NCBI GenBank assembly: GCA_902595595.1
Contig: CACJQX010000003.1
Location: 8,260-72,259 of the forward strand
DNA: 64,000 bases
Source: an uncultured Pelagibacteraceae bacterium
GTDB lineage: Bacteria; Pseudomonadota; Alphaproteobacteria; Pelagibacterales; Pelagibacteraceae
Direction: 5' to 3'
How positions within the stretch are numbered: position 1 is the first letter of the stretch; each line of letters begins with the position of its first letter. Under the pieces are notes generated by a model. That model was not told where the DNA came from. It saw nothing but the letters and a program-made list of their open reading frames with translations, and did not search any database. Shown piece after piece: positions 59,594-64,000 of the stretch. Made by a program: the position numbers and the translations under genes.

Positions 59594-60906
59594 GGTTTCG
59601 GTTTAAACTCGTGGAAATTTTGCGTCATTGCTTCTGGGAAAAACATAACACATGCTAATACAATTAACTGAATAACTATAAATGGAGCAAAACCTCTAAA
59701 TATATCTGTTAATGAAATATGTGGAGGAGCAACAGATTTTAAATAAAAAGCCGCAGGCCCAAACGGTGGACTTAAAAATGAAACTTGCATATTTACACAA
59801 AATAATATTCCAAACCAAATTGGATCAAATCCAAGAGCTATAACTATTGGTAAAAATACCGGCATTGCTAACAATACAATTCCAACCCAATCCATAAATG
59901 CTCCCATAATCAAAAACATAATCTGCATCATGAAAATTAAATACATTGGTTTTAAATCATAAGCCAAAATAGTTTCTGCTACATATTTAGGACCTCCAGC
60001 AAGAGAATAAGCACCTGCTAAAACTGTAGCGCCAAAAGTAATAGTTAAAATGGTTCCTGATGCTTTGAAAGTTCTTGTCAATGCATCTTTAAATAGAAAC
60101 CACGTAAGTTCTTTTCTTGCAAAAATTATAATTAATGTAGCAACTACTCCCATACCAGCTGCTTCTGTAATTCCTGTCATTCCAGAATAAATTGAACCTA
60201 ATACAATGATTACAATACCAATCGGTGGTAAAAGACCTGGAAGGTATGACATTTTTTCTTTTAAAGTTAAAGCAGGCTCATCACTTAAAGGTGCTAAATG
60301 CGGTTGTAATCTTGTACGAATTAAAATGTATGTAATAATTAAACCTGAAATCATTAAACCAGGAACAATAGCTTCTTGGAATAACATCGTAATAGAAGTC
60401 TCTGTTGTTAATCCATAAATAATTAAAACAATTGAAGGTGGTATCATTGTTCCCAAAGATCCTGATGCACAAATAATACCAATCGACATATCCTGATCGT
60501 ATTTTAATCTCAACATTTGAGGCAGTGCAATCAAACCTAATAAAACTATTTCTCCACCAATAATTCCGCTCATCGCCGCCATAATTGTTGCCATGATGGC
60601 AGTAACGACTCCTACTCCACCTCTAGTCTTTCTTAACCACGCATTTAATGCATCATATAAATCTCTTGCTATATTTGATCGTTCAAGCAAGGAGGCCATA
60701 AATATAAATAATGGAACAGATAAAAAGGAATAAGTGACAACAAGAGAATAATATCTTGAAAGTAATATGCCTAACGCATGTTCACCTATGTATAAAAATA
60801 CAAGTACTGCACCCATAAAACCAGATGCAAATCCCATTGGAACACCTATAGATATAAGTAATAATAATCCTACTATAAGTATTATCGAAAGTGATCCTAT
60901 ATCCAT
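59590..60906 (-). CDS. TRAP transporter large permease (DctM)
   Basis: VPLFIFMA, GSLGTMIPPS and SPPFG motifs. Confidence 0.94.
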   Translation of the reverse strand: MDIGSLSIILIVGLLLLISIGVPMGFASGFMGAVLVFLYIGEHALGILLSRYYSLVVTYSFLSVPLFIFMASLLERSNIARDLYDALNAWLRKTRGGVGVVTAIMATIMAAMSGIIGGEIVLLGLIALPQMLRLKYDQDMSIGIICASGSLGTMIPPSIVLIIYGLTTETSITMLFQEAIVPGLMISGLIITYILIRTRLQPHLAPLSDEPALTLKEKMSYLPGLLPPIGIVIIVLGSIYSGMTGITEAAGMGVVATLIIIFARKELTWFLFKDALTRTFKASGTILTITFGATVLAGAYSLAGGPKYVAETILAYDLKPMYLIFMMQIMFLIMGAFMDWVGIVLLAMPVFLPIVIALGFDPIWFGILFCVNMQVSFLSPPFGPAAFYLKSVAPPHISLTDIFRGFAPFIVIQLIVLACVMFFPEAMTQNFHEFKPKP

Positions 60907-60907
60907 T

Positions 60908-61477
60908 TTATTTCAATTCTTTTGAAGGGTCGTATTGTTTTTCCTTAGGATTTCTCCAGTCAATAATTAAATTATTTACAGATTGAACAGCAATAAGAAA
61001 AACGCATAGAAGTGTTAGTGGCTTCATAGTAGCAGGAATTGGTGGATCCCAATAAGTTGCAAATCTCTCCCAATTTATAAATGATCTGTATGCATCTTCC
61101 ATACCCCCATAAATTACAGCTGCTGCGAAAAGAACAATAATTAAAGTACTAATTAGATCAAAAATTCTCTGTGTCGGTCTACTAACCCAATCATACAATA
61201 ATACTATTCTAATATGGCTTCTTAATCTTGTTGCATATATACCACCAACTAAATAACAAACTCCGGCAAGCCATAGGCATAATTCATTTGCCCACAAAGT
61301 TGGTTTAAACAATACATATCTCATAAAAATTTCATACATCATCACAATTACAATTACAGGAATTAGATATTTAATTGTGTGACTTAAAAATAAGGAAACT
61401 CTATCTATCCAATTTATTGGAAAATCATCTTTACTCGCGACTTTTTCATTTTGTTCTTGTAATTCTTTATCGATCAT
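60908..61477 (-). CDS. TRAP transporter small permease (DctQ)
   Basis: 4 TM segments; RY..PTLWANEL and HIRI motifs. Confidence 0.92.
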   Translation of the reverse strand: MIDKELQEQNEKVASKDDFPINWIDRVSLFLSHTIKYLIPVIVIVMMYEIFMRYVLFKPTLWANELCLWLAGVCYLVGGIYATRLRSHIRIVLLYDWVSRPTQRIFDLISTLIIVLFAAAVIYGGMEDAYRSFINWERFATYWDPPIPATMKPLTLLCVFLIAVQSVNNLIIDWRNPKEKQYDPSKELK

Positions 61478-61499
61478 TGAGTAAAAACTTAAATAAATC

Positions 61500-61521
61500 G
61501 AAGGGCCTTTTCAGGCCCTTC
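61500..61521 (-). terminator. Hairpin/terminator after the TRAP binding-protein gene
   Basis: Minus strand GAAGGGCCT-GAAA-AGGCCCTTC followed by gatttattt. Confidence 0.75.
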
Positions 61522-61534
61522 AAGATTTTTTTTA

Positions 61535-62551
61535 TTACATGATACCGTTAGCTTTCATATAAGCTTTGTGTATCTCAATAAGTGCCGCAGCTTCTGGAGA
61601 TTTAGTCTTCCATTCTTCCCAAGCAGCTAAAGCAGCTTGTCTGAATTTAAGTCTATCTTCTCTAGACCAGTCGTGAAGAGTAACGCCCATTTCATTTAAA
61701 GCTTTAACAGCTTCAGCGTTTTTTCTTTCAACTAAGCTAGTGATAGTTCTTCCAGCAATTTCTATTGCAGCTAACATAGCACCTTGCTCATGTTTCTTTA
61801 ACTTCTTCCATACTTTCGTATTACAAGCTAAGTGGTCAGCTGGCATAGAGTGGAAACCTGGGTATGTAGCATATTTATTTTGCTCATAGTGTCCACCTGC
61901 ATAGTTTGTAGCTAAAGATGAATAGTCAGCACCATCGATTAGACCAGTTTGTAAAGCAGTTGGAACTTCACCAAAGTCCATTACGATTGGCTTAGCACCT
62001 AATGCTGTAAAGATCATACTTTCCATTCCTGGAGGTGATCTAAATTTGAAGTCTTTCAATGAAGCAACATCTGGAATTGGTCTGCTAGATATTAAAGACT
62101 CATGTCCTGGTATCCACCAACCAATTAATGTCATTCCATATTTGTTGTAAAGTGCATCAACAGCTTCTTGAGCTCCTGGGAAATTCAAGAATTCATATTG
62201 TTGATATGGGTTATCGTATCCACCCATTACATCACCTGCGAATTGGAACGCCGCATTTTTACCAGTTTGGTAACCAGCACCAGTCATATCACAATCGATA
62301 ATTCCAGTTTGTGCAGAGTTAAACACCTCAGCAGATTTACCTGTTACTGATGATGAGTAGAACATTTCTACTTTTAAGCTTCCGCCAGAAAACTTCTCTA
62401 CGTTTTTAGCGAATTGAGCAGCAACTTCACCATTTGGTGAACTAGCTGTAAAGTGTGTTTCAATCTTTAAAGTCTTTGCATTTGCAGAGCCAAATAAAGC
62501 AACTGAAACAACAGCCACAGCTGCTATAGTTTTAGATATAAGTTTAAACAT
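61535..62551 (-). CDS. TRAP transporter substrate-binding protein (DctP)
   Basis: Signal peptide from the ATG at 62551 with upstream GAGAGGA; KFRSP (conserved Arg) and EVPTALQTGLIDG motifs. Confidence 0.93.
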   Translation of the reverse strand: MFKLISKTIAAVAVVSVALFGSANAKTLKIETHFTASSPNGEVAAQFAKNVEKFSGGSLKVEMFYSSSVTGKSAEVFNSAQTGIIDCDMTGAGYQTGKNAAFQFAGDVMGGYDNPYQQYEFLNFPGAQEAVDALYNKYGMTLIGWWIPGHESLISSRPIPDVASLKDFKFRSPPGMESMIFTALGAKPIVMDFGEVPTALQTGLIDGADYSSLATNYAGGHYEQNKYATYPGFHSMPADHLACNTKVWKKLKKHEQGAMLAAIEIAGRTITSLVERKNAEAVKALNEMGVTLHDWSREDRLKFRQAALAAWEEWKTKSPEAAALIEIHKAYMKANGIM

Positions 62552-62675
62552 TATCTTCCTCTCGTTTATGTTTTTTAGAAAGTTAATCATAAAAGATTTT
62601 TGAGATCAATAATTTCGTTTAACTTTTATATATAGAAATTATATATATTCATTGAACAGACAACTTATAGTTGTT

Positions 62676-63644
62676 CTAAACTACTTCTGAAATGAGTGGT
62701 TTTTTATTGAAAAAACAATATATATTGTCGACAGCCATCATGCTCATAGCTAATCTGGTTTCATGTGTTGCACTCCCAATGTGCGGTAAAACAAAACAGT
62801 TATCTAGTTTTAAGTATCTTTTATCTAAATTTGGTTCATTGTTGAAAACATCTAAACCTGCTGCATAAATTTTTTTGTTTTCTAATGCATCTATCAAAGC
62901 ATCATCATCAATCGTTGATCCTCTTGAAGTATTTATAACTACAGCATGTTTCTGTAATAAACTAATTGTTGAAGAATTTAGAATATGTTTAGTCTCAGCA
63001 GTTGCAGGTGCATGTATACTAACAAAGTCACACTCTGGTAGCATAGTCTTAATATCAGAAAAATACTTTGCTCCATCCTCTAGATCATCAGAAAGTTTGT
63101 TTCTATTATAATAAAAAATCTTCATACCAAATGCCCTTGCAGATTTTGCAGCCATTCTTCCTATACGACCCATTCCAATGATACCTAAGGTTTTGCCTGT
63201 AACAGAATTTCCAACCATAAATTTAGTTAAATCTGGTTTTTGATTTTTCCAATCATCGGCTCTAACTAAATTGTAAGCTTCACCAATTCTTCTAGATGCA
63301 GCTAAAATCAAAAGAATTGTAGTTTCAGCTACCGCCTCATTTAATACATCTGGAGTATTTGTTACTTTAATTTTTTTTTCTTTAGCAGATTTAATTGAAA
63401 TATTATCATAGCCAACACCAACCTGAGCTATAATTTTTAATTTACCATTTAAATTTTTAAAAAAATTTTCACTAATTTTATCAAAACCTGTTGATATCAT
63501 TCCATCATAATCATTAACAGTTTTAATTAATTCACTTTCTGGAATAGGTTCGTCTTTTGGATTAAGAGTTACTTCAAATTCTTTTTTAAGTTTTTCCTCT
63601 GCTAAATCAGATATTTTTCTAGAAACTAATATTTTTGGCTTCAT
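62676..63644 (-). CDS. D-2-hydroxyacid dehydrogenase (glyoxylate/hydroxypyruvate/2-ketoaldonate reductase-like)
   Basis: GVGYDNI, NTPDVL, GIIGMGRIG, NTSRG, GLDVF..EP and LPHIGSAT motifs. Confidence 0.92.
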   Translation of the reverse strand: MKPKILVSRKISDLAEEKLKKEFEVTLNPKDEPIPESELIKTVNDYDGMISTGFDKISENFFKNLNGKLKIIAQVGVGYDNISIKSAKEKKIKVTNTPDVLNEAVAETTILLILAASRRIGEAYNLVRADDWKNQKPDLTKFMVGNSVTGKTLGIIGMGRIGRMAAKSARAFGMKIFYYNRNKLSDDLEDGAKYFSDIKTMLPECDFVSIHAPATAETKHILNSSTISLLQKHAVVINTSRGSTIDDDALIDALENKKIYAAGLDVFNNEPNLDKRYLKLDNCFVLPHIGSATHETRLAMSMMAVDNIYCFFNKKPLISEVV

Positions 63645-63645
63645 A

Positions 63646-63999
63646 TTAGTGAGAATCTCTTGGTAAACCTTTGGTATGTGATACGTCTAAATATTTACCT
63701 CGAGAATTAATACATGCACCATCATCCAATTGACCAACAGTATTTCTAAAGATTTCCTGCCAAGGAGTTTGATTATTTGGTTTAAATACTTTTTTATTTT
63801 TTCTTCGTTTTTTAAACTCAGCTTGAGAAATCAATAAATCAACTCTTCTTTTATTTAAGTCTATTTTTATCTTATCGTAAGTTTTAACAATTCCTAGATC
63901 TCCACCTACTGCAGACTCTGGTGAAACATGTAATATTGATGGACTCTCTGATGTTCCACTTTGTCTTCCATCACCCAAGGTTGGTAGATGTCTTATTCC
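63646..63999 (-). CDS. IlvD/Edd family sugar-acid dehydratase, C-terminal part (5' truncated by window edge)
   Basis: LPTLGDGRQSGTS.SPSILHVSPE and QTPWQE motifs; frame open to the window end. Confidence 0.88.
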   Translation of the reverse strand, partial: GIRHLPTLGDGRQSGTSESPSILHVSPESAVGGDLGIVKTYDKIKIDLNKRRVDLLISQAEFKKRRKNKKVFKPNNQTPWQEIFRNTVGQLDDGACINSRGKYLDVSHTKGLPRDSH

Positions 64000-64000
64000 T

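Noticed and set aside
62660-62674. Palindrome as an NrdR box
   Set aside because: It resembles the nrdA box superficially, but the core spacing does not fit CwAtATaTwG and the context is unrelated
6704-63111. Short ORFs antisense to or nested in long genes (e.g. 6704-6922, 7817-8083, 21410-21640, 40016-40249, 41242-41547, 52046-52318, 53642-53980, 62875-63111)
   Set aside because: They lie within well-supported genes, carry no recognisable motifs, and look like shadow or off-frame ORFs
1-64000. tRNA, rRNA, known riboswitches, IS elements, prophage, defence systems, phase-variable homopolymers
   Set aside because: None recognised: intergenic gaps are short and lack such structures, no transposase, integrase or phage proteins are present, and A/T runs of 8-10 nt are expected at this composition with reading frames intact

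Overview
A 64 kb, very AT-rich, densely packed chromosomal segment from a streamlined marine alphaproteobacterium. Protein sequences, gene content and tiny intergenic gaps point to SAR11/Pelagibacter (inference from recall, not a database search). It holds about 70 genes: purQL, rpsD, cimA, cysS, nadE, class II DAHP synthase, glmS with a half-length glmU, an actinobacterial-style prpDBC operon, nrdAB with NrdR and LexA-type boxes, rpoZ, tctCBA, a polar amino-acid ABC system without ATPase, a SpeD-SpeE fusion linked to MtnP/MtnA/class II aldolase/Apt (DHAP-shunt-type MTA and 5'-deoxyadenosine salvage), and a TRAP-fed sugar-acid catabolic operon running into ppc. I see no tRNA, rRNA, CRISPR array or mobile element. 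The strongest candidate for an undescribed system is a trpB2 + DUF1015 cassette inserted in the salvage cluster, which could be a serine kinase feeding O-phosphoserine to an indole-salvaging TrpB2. Other leads are the sugar-acid pathway with a Gci-like enzyme, an orphan terminator that suggests an sRNA at about 23.4-23.5 kb, and the split GlmU. All family calls come from motif recognition and need HMM/BLAST confirmation.
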